From contig JABIVD010000029.1 in assembly GCA_018667335.1 (NCBI GenBank), forward strand, positions 91,381 to 155,380: 64,000 nt of DNA, read 5' to 3'. The stretch comes from Rhodospirillaceae bacterium. Its GTDB lineage: Bacteria; Pseudomonadota; Alphaproteobacteria; UBA6615. Below are positions 1-8,974 of this stretch, in pieces; position 1 is the stretch's first letter; every line of letters begins with the position of its first letter. The position numbers and the translations under genes are program-made. A model generated the notes under the pieces. It was not told where the DNA came from, searched no databases, and saw only the letters and a list, made by a program, of their open reading frames with translations.

Positions 1-101
1 GCCAAAGGTTCCTAACCATTGAGCAATGAATACTCAGTAGCGTCGGAAGGTCATACGGTCCTTAGCATACGACCGGAACGGTCTCCCGGCAGGCGCAAAA
101 C

Positions 102-500
102 ATGACTCAATTGGGTTTGGACAGCAGCCTCATCGACAAGCTTTTTTCAAAGACCACGCTTTTGTGGGCTGCGGTTGCATTTGCATTTGTGCTGGTCGTG
201 GGCACCGCATCTCCTGCTCACGCTCATGCCGATCCGGTAAAGCCGTCAGAATATACAACGCAAGTTGTGGCGGAAACGCTGACCCCGGGTCACCCGCAAG
301 ACGGCCATGAAGAACCGCGCACGTGCCATCACGGCGCTGTTCCCTGTTCATCTGGTCATTCGATGTCCAATGCAGATCTGGCCGGCGTGCTTCGGTCTAC
401 AACCACCGTGCCATTCTCGGTCATAACGGGGTTTCCGCCCGTTTCATTTCTCACGATTGATCCGCCGCCTCCGAAGCAGAGAACAGCTGAACTGAACTAG
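102..500 (+). CDS. hypothetical protein, N-terminal hydrophobic segment, His/Cys-rich (weak call)
   Basis: ORF-track ORF. LLWAAVAFAFVLVVGTASPAHA looks like a signal peptide or TM segment. Locally lower GC. No recognisable family. Confidence 0.25.
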   Translation: MTQLGLDSSLIDKLFSKTTLLWAAVAFAFVLVVGTASPAHAHADPVKPSEYTTQVVAETLTPGHPQDGHEEPRTCHHGAVPCSSGHSMSNADLAGVLRSTTTVPFSVITGFPPVSFLTIDPPPPKQRTAELN

Positions 501-597
501 CTGATTTTCTTTCAATGCCTTTGCTATCGCGCTCCCAGCCCACGTGAGCCGGGAACATGACACCTGCGAGGCCAATGCTCGGAAGTAGGAAGTGAAT

Positions 598-1197
598 ATG
601 AAAATTTTCAATCTCAAGGTTTTGGCCCCGGTCGGGGCACTCATCATCGTGGCCTCAACCAGCCTGGCCTTTGCCCATGGCGGTGCCACCGGAATCGTTA
701 AAGAGCGGATGGACCTCATGGCTTCGGTCGGTAAATCCATGAAGACCATCACGGAGATGTTTCAAGGCGAAAAACCATACGATGCGGCGATTGTTCGCCA
801 AGCAGCGAGCTTCATAGGGAACCATGGCGGCGAACAAATGACTCGATTGTTTCCCGAGGGGAGCATTCAGGGCCCGAGTGAATCGTTGCCTGCGATTTGG
901 CAAAATTGGCAACGTTTCTCGGAACTCGCGGACGACCTGACAAAGTATGCCGGCGCGCTGGCAGCGGCAGCTGACAACCCCCGCGGTCCGGGCATGGGTT
1001 CGGGTATGAATCAGGGACGCCAGGGCGGCCTGGGTGCGAGCCCAATGGGACGCCGAAACCCGATGATGGGCCAATCTGCCGACGGGATGCCGATGAACGA
1101 CCCCGCGGCCTTGGCTCAGATGTCACCCAATGCAGCCTTTGCCCGCGTCACGCAGACATGCAGCGCCTGTCACACGCAATTCCGCAAGAAACAGTAG
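598..1197 (+). CDS. cytochrome c' (class II c-type cytochrome) with Met/Gly-rich low-complexity insert
   Basis: Signal peptide MKIFNLKVLAPVGALIIVASTSLAFA. Single heme motif CSACH near the C-terminus (TQTCSACHTQFRK), typical of cytochrome c'. AGGAAG SD 8 nt upstream of ATG 598 (ORF track begins at GTG 592). Confidence 0.7.
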   Translation: MKIFNLKVLAPVGALIIVASTSLAFAHGGATGIVKERMDLMASVGKSMKTITEMFQGEKPYDAAIVRQAASFIGNHGGEQMTRLFPEGSIQGPSESLPAIWQNWQRFSELADDLTKYAGALAAAADNPRGPGMGSGMNQGRQGGLGASPMGRRNPMMGQSADGMPMNDPAALAQMSPNAAFARVTQTCSACHTQFRKKQ

Positions 1198-1206
1198 GCA
1201 GCACCC

Positions 1207-2106
1207 ATGAGAAATATTTACCTGGTGGCTGCCGCGGTGATCGTGGCGGTCACGGTCGGCGCTGCCGCGACCATTTTCCGCGGCAATCCGGTACCTGAAA
1301 ACGTTGTCGCGACGCTCGAAGGTGATCCGGATCGTGGCGCGTATTTCGCACGCCTGGCAGGCTGCATAGCATGTCACACGAACGAGTCAGGTGGCGGAGA
1401 TCTTCTGGCGGGTGGCCCGCCTCTCAAGACGCCATTCGGTACTTTCTATGGGCCAAATATAACGCCGGATCCGGCGACAGGGTTGGGTGCGTGGTCTTTG
1501 AACGACTTCGCGCGCGCCTTGCGTCATGGCATTTCCCCGGAAGGCGAGCCGTACTACCCAGCGTTTCCGTATACGTTCTACTCAAAGTTCACGGATCAGG
1601 ACATCGCCGACCTTTGGGCCGCCATGAAGACCGTTCCGAATGCAGACACACCCTCAAAACCACAAGATCTCAAATTTCCATTTGATCAACGGTGGGCGCT
1701 GCGTGGATGGCAGAATCTCTTCTTTGACTCTGAGACGTTTCAGGATGATCCCACCAGAAGCGAAAGTTGGAACCGCGGCAAGTATATCGTCACGGGGCCT
1801 GCCCATTGCGGGGCGTGCCACACGCCGCGGAATCCACTCGGCGCCAGCGATGCTGAATTGGCGCTCCACGGTGCAGGGGGATTGCCGGGCGGAGAACGTT
1901 CTCCTCCAATCACGCCCTCTGTGCTCGGGGAACGCGGCTGGACAGAGAACAACCTGGCTTTCGGACTGAGGTTCGGCACGAAACCCAATGGCGACGTACT
2001 TGGCGGCAGTATGGGAGAGGTCATTCGCGACGGCACCTCATGGCTTTTTGATGAGGACCTGCGTGCGATCGCCCACTACCTTCTGAACAACGACGATACT
2101 GAATAG
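1207..2106 (+). CDS. membrane-anchored diheme cytochrome c
   Basis: N-terminal TM helix MRNIYLVAAAVIVAVTVGAAATIF. Two CxxCH heme motifs (GCIACHT, HCGACHTP). Immediately downstream of cytochrome c'. Confidence 0.75.
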   Translation: MRNIYLVAAAVIVAVTVGAAATIFRGNPVPENVVATLEGDPDRGAYFARLAGCIACHTNESGGGDLLAGGPPLKTPFGTFYGPNITPDPATGLGAWSLNDFARALRHGISPEGEPYYPAFPYTFYSKFTDQDIADLWAAMKTVPNADTPSKPQDLKFPFDQRWALRGWQNLFFDSETFQDDPTRSESWNRGKYIVTGPAHCGACHTPRNPLGASDAELALHGAGGLPGGERSPPITPSVLGERGWTENNLAFGLRFGTKPNGDVLGGSMGEVIRDGTSWLFDEDLRAIAHYLLNNDDTE

Positions 2107-2281
2107 GCCGCGGACAAAGTCGTTCTCAGGTTGTGGTGCATCGAGCCGGCCCAGGTCAGGCCTCGTGACTTGGGTCGGCTGTGCATTTAATTCCAAAGTT
2201 CTGGGGGCAGAAAACGTACATTTTCTAGACAGTTCCGCAGTCAGGAACTCCAAGAGATGAGTTCAATCTCTCCCTTCGAAA

Positions 2282-2863
2282 TCATCCATGCGGACCCTTG
2301 CCCTTCGCGATCATGAGGTGATGTTCCTGGTGATGCATACCCAGCGCCATGACCCCTAAAAAACCGAGACCCTCGAGTTTGGGCAGATCCGCCGGCGCGG
2401 CCACAGTTACGGTCATTATCGTTCCATCAGGCAGGGTCGCGGCTGATATCCGCATGCCGTTTACTCCGTCCATTGTCTCGGCGTGCGCCTTGATCATTCG
2501 GTCGATAGAGTCACGGACCGCACCTGCTCCGGTCACCAAATAGCTCTTTCCGCCCGCAATGTTCGTCGCCGTAACGTCGGCGCGCAGTGTCACATTATCC
2601 ATGTCGATCAGATGCTGGCGGAGCCCGTTGATATCGACCATCGCCCAGTCTGTGTCCGCATCGGATTCCAATAGGGAGACAATCTCCTGAACTGCGGCGA
2701 AGGCACCCTGGCCGGGCTCCCGGGCAGCGACGTCCCTCGCGCGTTCAATCCCAACACCATGATCGACGTGAGACATACCGGAATTATGCGCCCGGTCGGC
2801 AGGCTGTGCCTGCGCGGCAAGCGGCAGCATCAAGACCGCAGCGGTTACGATGTACTTCAGCAT
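2282..2863 (-). CDS. periplasmic hypothetical protein with Met/His-rich C-terminus (possible metal binding)
   Basis: Internal ATG at 2861-2863 gives MLKYIVTAAVLMLPLAAQAQ signal peptide; the ORF track extends to 3100. C-terminal MALGMHHQEHHLM is a His/Met cluster. Confidence 0.5.
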   Translation of the reverse strand: MLKYIVTAAVLMLPLAAQAQPADRAHNSGMSHVDHGVGIERARDVAAREPGQGAFAAVQEIVSLLESDADTDWAMVDINGLRQHLIDMDNVTLRADVTATNIAGGKSYLVTGAGAVRDSIDRMIKAHAETMDGVNGMRISAATLPDGTIMTVTVAAPADLPKLEGLGFLGVMALGMHHQEHHLMIAKGKGPHG

Positions 2864-2921
2864 TTCCTGCTCCTGAGTATGAATTCGTTCCCGACCTTGC
2901 CAGCGTAGCGAAAACGCTGAC

Positions 2922-3470
2922 ATGATCTTGATCATGTCTTCCGAGATTTTTAATTTACTGCGATCGTCGGGCGGTTCCCGGCGTACGCTCAATCCGGGTG
3001 CGCATCTTTTCCACCTTGGAGAGCCCGTTCGTCGACTCCACCTGGTGCTTTCGGGTGAAGTGCATCTTGTTCGATTCGATGAGACCGGCGGCTCCGTCAT
3101 ACTGCAACGAACGCGGCCCGGTGACGTTGTCGCAGAAGCGTCTCTGTTCGCAAAAACCTATCACTGCGACGCCGTCGCGAAGGATGCCGCAACTGTCCAG
3201 AGCATCCCACGGAGCGCGTTACGAAAGCGGCTGCGCGAAGAACCGGATATCGCGGAAGCCTTTATGGCCCATCTGGCGCACGAAGTTCAGAACACACGCT
3301 TTCGCGCTGAGATGCTTTCGCTCAGAACCATCGAAGCTAGACTGGGGGCATGGGAAAGCTGGTATGGCGATATACCCCCAAAAGGCGAATGGAAAAATCT
3401 CTCACAGCAGATCGGCGTGAGCCCGGAGGCGCTGTACAGGGCGTTGGCAAAGCGGAAGAGCGGGGGCTGA
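2922..3470 (+). CDS. Crp/Fnr-family transcriptional regulator (short form)
   Basis: cNMP-binding beta-roll HLFHLGEPVRRLHLVLSGEVHLVRFDETGGSVILQRTRPGDVVAEASLF. C-terminal HTH LSQQIGVSPEALYRALAKRK. Alternative ATG at 2934. Confidence 0.7.
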   Translation: MILIMSSEIFNLLRSSGGSRRTLNPGAHLFHLGEPVRRLHLVLSGEVHLVRFDETGGSVILQRTRPGDVVAEASLFAKTYHCDAVAKDAATVQSIPRSALRKRLREEPDIAEAFMAHLAHEVQNTRFRAEMLSLRTIEARLGAWESWYGDIPPKGEWKNLSQQIGVSPEALYRALAKRKSGG

Positions 3471-3498
3471 AATTTTCCGCGGAACGCGCGAAAGAAAC

Positions 3499-3756
3499 TC
3501 AGACCGCGATTCGATTGTAGATGCGCGCCACCAGCCAGACGACCAGGCCCGACAGCACGGACCAGAGCACCAGCCCGCCGATGAAATTGGCAAAGGTCAG
3601 GGACCACTGGAACGCCGCAAGCTCCGCATGAACCATGTAACCCGTCATCCTGAGCGTCGCCCCGGGGATGAGCGCGACCAGCGCGCTGCAGATAACCCAA
3701 AGAAGCCCGAACGTGATGGCTGTGGAGAGGGCCAGTTTATTTGCATTGAGGTTCAT
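3499..3756 (-). CDS. small integral membrane protein (2-3 TM), unknown function
   Basis: 85-aa ORF with hydrophobic segments LALSTAITFGLLWVICSALVALI and FIGGLVLWSVLSGLVVWLVA. Confidence 0.4.
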   Translation of the reverse strand: MNLNANKLALSTAITFGLLWVICSALVALIPGATLRMTGYMVHAELAAFQWSLTFANFIGGLVLWSVLSGLVVWLVARIYNRIAV

Positions 3757-4241
3757 TTTTTATCTCCGGTAAGAGTTCTGATACGTGAATCGAAAGCCTG
3801 AGCACCGCGGGTGCGGCAGGAATCGCAGCATATGGACATCGCGATCTGCATCGTCGCGTCGCGACGGCTCACTCGTTCAACAGGACCAATACCTTCCTGG
3901 CATCAGATCGTTTTGGGCAGCAACTCCGCTCGGTCGGTCGCTTCACGGATGTTCGAATGACCGGCCCCGTGTTTTGCCGGTCATGCCAACCGAAGAACCG
4001 AAACTAGTCCTTCCAGCAGATGGAGGGTCAAGGAGGATCGCGACCCGGCGATCGCTTTCTCTGGTCGGTCGGTACGCCGGAAACATTCTTCGCCGCGAAA
4101 CGCGAAGCGAGATGGCCCTGCGTATAATATTGGGTGCGCTTTTGTCACGCGCGCGCGCGGTGGTAGAAGCGGAGGAAGAAAGTTCCGCCAACCAGTTGCC
4201 GCTGAAACAGCAATAATCGGCGACAGCCAAGAGCCCGAAGC

Positions 4242-5489
4242 ATGTCCAACCCCGCCACACAAACCTCACAGACAAACTGGACCGGCGTGTCCTACGGCAT
4301 CGTGCTGGGGTTCGTTGCCGCCTATTTCCAGTTCAAGGTGCCGCCGGTCCTGCCGGTGATGTTCGACATCTACGGCTACAACACGATCGTCGCCGCCGGC
4401 TTCATGTCGATCTTCGCCATCGCCGGCATGCTGATCAGTGTGCGGGTCGGCCGCGCGATCCGGCGCGACGGCGCCCAACGTTATCTCATGGCGGCCTTCG
4501 GCCTGATGCTCGTGGGCACGGCCCTGGGGCTCGCCTTCCCCGAGAGCGGGTCGGTGATGCTCACCTCGCGCCTGATCGAGGGGTTCGGCGCCGCGGTGCT
4601 GGCCGTCTGCATGCCGGCGTTTGCAAACATGAGTGCGGGGCCCGGCCATCTGCCCATCGTCATCGCCGCCCAGGCGACCTGGATTCCCGTCGGCCAGCTC
4701 GTGGCCAACATCGTCGCCCAGCCCTCGGTCGCCATCGATATCTGGCAGCCGGTCTGGTGGTTCGGCGGCCTCGCGACCGTCGCGGTGGCGCTATGGACCT
4801 GGTGGATCGTCAAGCGTGGAACGGTCCCGGGTGTCGCCCATATCCGCACCGCGCCACCCGGCGCGCCAGAAACATCGGCCAAACCCGAGGTGGCGCCGCT
4901 GACATCAAAAGAGATCCGCGCGCTGTGGGTCGCGGCCTCACTGTTCTTCCTCTGGCAGGCCCAGTTCATGGGCTACTTCACCTGGCTGCCGGTCTATCTC
5001 GTGGACGTCCGCGCCTTCTCGGCCGATGGCGCGGTGCTGATCAACCAGATCCCGGTGATCGTGCTGCTCGTCTTCTCACTGATCGGCGGGATGATCTTGA
5101 AGACCGGCGTCGGGGTCATCAAGCTACTGACCTTCGCGCTGGCGCTGCAGGCCGTCGGCTGGGCGATGATCCCGTTCGCGGGCACGCCCGTCATCGGGCT
5201 CGCCAGCCTCGTCGTCTGGGGGGTCGCCGCGGGCCTGACCCCGACCTCGCTCTGGGCGCTGCCCTCGACCCTGGTCGGCGGCCATCGCGCCGGAACCGAC
5301 GCGTTCGCAGTCGTCCTGACCGGGCGCTATCTGGGCATTCTCGCGGGGCCGCTCATCGCGGCGGGCATGTTCGAGCTGACCGGCAATTGGATCACCGTCG
5401 CCTACACGTTCGTTGCCATTGCCGGCGCGACGATCGTGGGAACACTTTATCTCGGGGTACGCATCCGCGACCTGAAGACAGGCAGCTAG
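4242..5489 (+). CDS. MFS transporter
   Basis: 415 aa with about 12 predicted TM helices. MFS-like loop GRAIRRDG after TM2. Central hydrophilic loop. Confidence 0.8.
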   Translation: MSNPATQTSQTNWTGVSYGIVLGFVAAYFQFKVPPVLPVMFDIYGYNTIVAAGFMSIFAIAGMLISVRVGRAIRRDGAQRYLMAAFGLMLVGTALGLAFPESGSVMLTSRLIEGFGAAVLAVCMPAFANMSAGPGHLPIVIAAQATWIPVGQLVANIVAQPSVAIDIWQPVWWFGGLATVAVALWTWWIVKRGTVPGVAHIRTAPPGAPETSAKPEVAPLTSKEIRALWVAASLFFLWQAQFMGYFTWLPVYLVDVRAFSADGAVLINQIPVIVLLVFSLIGGMILKTGVGVIKLLTFALALQAVGWAMIPFAGTPVIGLASLVVWGVAAGLTPTSLWALPSTLVGGHRAGTDAFAVVLTGRYLGILAGPLIAAGMFELTGNWITVAYTFVAIAGATIVGTLYLGVRIRDLKTGS

Positions 5490-5525
5490 GGCCACCCGCG
5501 AGAGGTCAGGCCGCCCGCCGCCCTA

Positions 5526-6251
5526 CTACGGAACCAGGCGGTAGCCGCCCGGCTCGGTCACGAGGATTCGCGCGTTGGACGGGTCGGCCTCGATCTTCTG
5601 GCGCAGGCGATAGACATGGGTCTCGAGCGTGTGGGTCGTGACCCCCGCATTGTAGCCCCAGACCTCACCCAGCAACGTGTCGCGGCTGACGACCTTGTCG
5701 CCGGCCCGGTAGAGATATTTGAGGATCGCCGTTTCCTTCTCGGTGAGCCGCACCTTGCGCTGCTCGCCATCGACCAGAATTTTCTGGGCCGGCTGGAAGG
5801 TGTACGGGCCGATGACGAAGACCGCGTCTTCGCTCTGCTCGTGCTGGCGCAACTGGGCGCGCAGTCGCGCGAGCAGGACATTCAGGCGGAACGGCTTGGC
5901 GATGTAGTCGTTGGCGCCGGCGTCGAGACCGAGAATCTGGTCCGCGTCGGTGTCGTGGCCCGTCAGCATGATGATCGGCGACTTCACGCCATTGCGGCGC
6001 AGCAGGCGGCAAAGATAGCGCCCGTCCATGTCGGGCAGGCCGACATCGAGCAAAATGGCGTCGAAATATTCGGTCTTCGTGACCTCGAGCGCATCGGCGG
6101 CACTGGTGGCCTCCGTGGTGACGAACTCCTCGTGCAGGGCCAGCTGCTCCGAGAGAGAATCACGCAACGCGTCGTCATCATCGATCAGCAGGATCTTCTT
6201 GCCGTTCGTTAACTTGGTTTCCACCGCATTCGTCATAGCCAGACTCATCAT
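5526..6251 (-). CDS. OmpR/PhoB-family response regulator (receiver + winged-helix)
   Basis: Receiver motifs KILLIDDDD, DAILLDVGLPDMDG, IIMLTGHD. C-terminal trans_reg_C LTEKETAILKYLYRAGDKVVSRDTLLGEVWGY...YRLRQKIE. Confidence 0.85.
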   Translation of the reverse strand: MMSLAMTNAVETKLTNGKKILLIDDDDALRDSLSEQLALHEEFVTTEATSAADALEVTKTEYFDAILLDVGLPDMDGRYLCRLLRRNGVKSPIIMLTGHDTDADQILGLDAGANDYIAKPFRLNVLLARLRAQLRQHEQSEDAVFVIGPYTFQPAQKILVDGEQRKVRLTEKETAILKYLYRAGDKVVSRDTLLGEVWGYNAGVTTHTLETHVYRLRQKIEADPSNARILVTEPGGYRLVP

Positions 6252-6254
6252 CGT

Positions 6255-6539
6255 TTAGGCGCTCACCTGGACGCCGCGCCAGAAGGCGACGTGGTCGCGG
6301 ATGTTTTCCGCGGCCGATTTCGGATCGGGATAATACCACGCGGCGTCGGCGTTAACCTCGCCTTCGACATCCACGGAAAGGTATTTCGCCGTGCCCTTCC
6401 AGGGGCAGCCCGTGGTCGTGGCACTTTCCGTGAAATATTCGCGCTTCAGCGAGTCCATCGGGAAATAGATATTTCCCTCGACGGTCTCGTAGGTCTCGCT
6501 TTCGGCAAGGACGATGTTATTCCAGATTGCTTTCGCCAT
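6255..6539 (-). CDS. DUF427 domain protein
   Basis: MAKAIWNNIVLAESETYETVEGNIYFP...CPWKGTAKYLSVDVEGEVNADAAWYYPDP matches the DUF427 pattern. ATG at 6537-6539; ORF track extends to 6620. Confidence 0.6.
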   Translation of the reverse strand: MAKAIWNNIVLAESETYETVEGNIYFPMDSLKREYFTESATTTGCPWKGTAKYLSVDVEGEVNADAAWYYPDPKSAAENIRDHVAFWRGVQVSA

Positions 6540-6724
6540 GACGGCCCCCTTTGTGTTGCTAAACACGTAGCGTCTCGGGAAGCCATTGCAAGAGGTGGCC
6601 CCCCCAATCCGGGGCCTCACGATCGATCACGTTCGAGAGAGCGGGAAAGCATCCCCGGACCCGGATCGGCCCCCGGATCGCGGCACGAGACAAGTTCCCC
6701 ACCCGTATTGCCGACCGATCACTG

Positions 6725-7921
6725 TTGGCGCATATTCCGCCACACCTCGAACCAGCAGACCCCGTGATGCAGCAACTTCCAAACACGCTCCAGCCCGTTG
6801 AACGCGCGATCTCCGATCTGCGCCGGGGCGCGACCATTATCCTGTTGGGGCCGGATCAGGCGCTGCTGGTCCACCCGGCTGAAGGTGCTTCGGCAAGCCA
6901 ACTCGCGCACATCGCCGGGCTTTCGAAGGCCTCGTCCTCCCTGCTGCTGACGGGGCGGCGCGCGTTGGTGCTGGGGCTGACCGACAATCCCGACGGCGCG
7001 GTCCGCGTGTCGCTGGCCGAGGGCATGACCGCCGAGACGGTGCGGATGATGGCTGACCCGGCCGGCCCGCAATCCGACCGGCCCGTGTCTGCGGTTTCGA
7101 TCGCCCAGATCGACCCGGCCACCCGGCCCGGTGCCCCCGGTACCGATGCCACCGAGATCGGCGCGATCGAGTTGCTCAAGCTGGCTGGCCTGTTGCCTGC
7201 CGCCGTGGTCGCACCGGTGCCGACCGAGCGGCTGGAATATTTGCCCTCCTGGGCCGAATCCGAATCCCTGCTGATGGTCGAGCTCGAACATGTGCGCAAC
7301 TACCAAGAGATCGAGGCACGCACGCTGCAGCGCGTCGGCGCGGCACGCGTCCCGCTCGACGCCAACGACAATGTGGAGATTGTCGCGTTCCGCCCGAGCG
7401 ACGGCGGGCGCGAGCATCTGGCCATCGTCATCGGCGCGCCCGACACGGCAGAGCCGGTTCTGGTTCGGCTCCATTCGGAATGTTTCACGGGCGATCTGCT
7501 GGGAAGTCTCCGGTGCGACTGCGGCGACCAGCTGCGCGGCGCCATCCAGGAAATCGGCAAGCAGGGCGGCGGCATCGTTCTGTATCTGGCCCAGGAGGGC
7601 CGGGGCATCGGCTTGGTGAACAAGCTGCGCGCCTACACGCTCCAGGATCAGGGCTTCGACACCATCGAGGCCAACCAGCAGCTCGGTTTTGAGGCCGACG
7701 AACGGCTGTACCGGCCGGCGGCCGAAATGCTGCACCAGCTGGACGTGGCTGCGGTGCGCCTGCTCACCAACAATCCCAACAAGGTGGCGGCGCTGCGCGA
7801 ATGGCAGATCGACGTCGTCGAGCGCGTCGAGCACAGCTTCCCGTCGAACCAGCACAATGAATTCTATCTGGCGACGAAGAAGTCCCGCGCGGGCCATTTG
7901 ATCACACCACCCGGCAAATAA
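6725..7921 (+). CDS. ribA: GTP cyclohydrolase II (RibA) with N-terminal degenerate DHBP-synthase-like domain
   Basis: C-terminal half ECFTGDLLGSLRCDCGDQLRGAIQEIGKQGGGIVLYLAQEGRGIGLVNKLRAYTLQDQGFDTIEAN is the GTP cyclohydrolase II zinc-site signature. N-terminal about 200 aa lack the RibB catalytic DRENEGD motif. Confidence 0.85.
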   Translation: MAHIPPHLEPADPVMQQLPNTLQPVERAISDLRRGATIILLGPDQALLVHPAEGASASQLAHIAGLSKASSSLLLTGRRALVLGLTDNPDGAVRVSLAEGMTAETVRMMADPAGPQSDRPVSAVSIAQIDPATRPGAPGTDATEIGAIELLKLAGLLPAAVVAPVPTERLEYLPSWAESESLLMVELEHVRNYQEIEARTLQRVGAARVPLDANDNVEIVAFRPSDGGREHLAIVIGAPDTAEPVLVRLHSECFTGDLLGSLRCDCGDQLRGAIQEIGKQGGGIVLYLAQEGRGIGLVNKLRAYTLQDQGFDTIEANQQLGFEADERLYRPAAEMLHQLDVAAVRLLTNNPNKVAALREWQIDVVERVEHSFPSNQHNEFYLATKKSRAGHLITPPGK

Positions 7922-8040
7922 TGCCGGGTTGGCACCGCCGGACGAGATCCGTCAGCGTCGCAACCAACTGATTCAACACAATATTTTAAACCATCCGCGG
8001 GGCCGGCGGGTGGCCCCGCGCTTGCAACGTCATCCAAGAC

Positions 8041-8916
8041 ATGAGTCTGATCGACACCAGCGCCAATTCCGAAGCCATGCTCGGCTATCACGACCCGACC
8101 CTTGGTTTGGTCTACAGCGGGACCGGTGAATCCGGCAGTACGGCGGAGGGTTTTGGTGAGGGCGAGGGCTTCTTCTCGACGCTGCTCGATGTCATCAACC
8201 CGCTGCAACACATCCCGCTGGTCTCCACCCTGTACCGCGAGATCACCGGCGATGAGATCAGCCCGTCCGCGCGAATACTCGGCGGCGGCCTGTTCGGCGG
8301 CCCGCTCGGGCTTGCGTCGGCCTCCGCGAACGTGATCCTGGAACAGGCGTCGGGCGATGACCTCCTCGGCCACACGCTGGCCATGGTCACCGGCGAACGC
8401 GAACCGGGGGTCGGACCCCAGCAGGCCGCCGTGTCGAATGGTGAGCCCATTATTCACGAACAGGCCGACGCAGGTGGGCATACGGACACAGACATCGTTC
8501 TGGGGGGCCCGCCCGCGCTCGCCAGTGTCCGCGCCGCGCCAGTGCCTTTGGTCCCGCCTGTACCTCTGGCACCGCCTGTGTCTCTGGCGCCACCCGTGTC
8601 GCAGACAGCACAGGTAACGCCGGTGGCACTCAAAACGGTGAAACCAGCCGTTATTGATCAGATGATAAATAACGAGCCTCAGAAACCCACGGCTCCCGTG
8701 CCCGAACCCGGCACTACTGCAAGCGCATTGCCGACAAACTGGGTGAATGAGGCCCTGCGCGACGCGGAAACCATGAAACAGGCCCTGCAAAACGGCGCCG
8801 CGCCGGATCTCGGCGGGACCAAGCCGTGGGTCGGCAACGCCATCCTCGATGCGCTGAGCAAATACGAAGCGCTGACCAAGGCGCGCAGCGCTCAGACGGG
8901 CGCCGGCCCTTCATAG
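8041..8916 (+). CDS. hypothetical protein with Pro-rich tandem repeat (PVPLVPPVPLAPPVSLAPPVS)
   Basis: 291-aa ORF. Gly-rich N-terminal part, Pro-rich central repeat. No recognised catalytic motif. Confidence 0.45.
   Translation: MSLIDTSANSEAMLGYHDPTLGLVYSGTGESGSTAEGFGEGEGFFSTLLDVINPLQHIPLVSTLYREITGDEISPSARILGGGLFGGPLGLASASANVILEQASGDDLLGHTLAMVTGEREPGVGPQQAAVSNGEPIIHEQADAGGHTDTDIVLGGPPALASVRAAPVPLVPPVPLAPPVSLAPPVSQTAQVTPVALKTVKPAVIDQMINNEPQKPTAPVPEPGTTASALPTNWVNEALRDAETMKQALQNGAAPDLGGTKPWVGNAILDALSKYEALTKARSAQTGAGPS
8539..8601 (+). repeat. 18-bp tandem repeat (about 3.5 copies) encoding the PVPLxPPV repeat
   Basis: Units ccagtgcctttggtcccg / cctgtacctctggcaccg / cctgtgtctctggcgcca / cccgtgtcg. 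Confidence 0.5.
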
Positions 8917-8974
8917 ACCGCCCGTTCTGGTCCACTGGCTCGCGGCCCGGCCGCGTCCGGTCTAAAATCCCCCC

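Noticed and set aside
3785-4216. 143-aa plus-strand ORF between the small membrane protein and the MFS gene
   Set aside because: Arg/Ser-rich, no SD, no motifs. The region is better explained as a non-coding leader.
6719-7897. 392-aa minus-strand ORF antisense to ribA
   Set aside because: Arg/Gly/Ala-rich low-complexity translation typical of a high-GC antisense frame. ribA on the plus strand has clear catalytic motifs.
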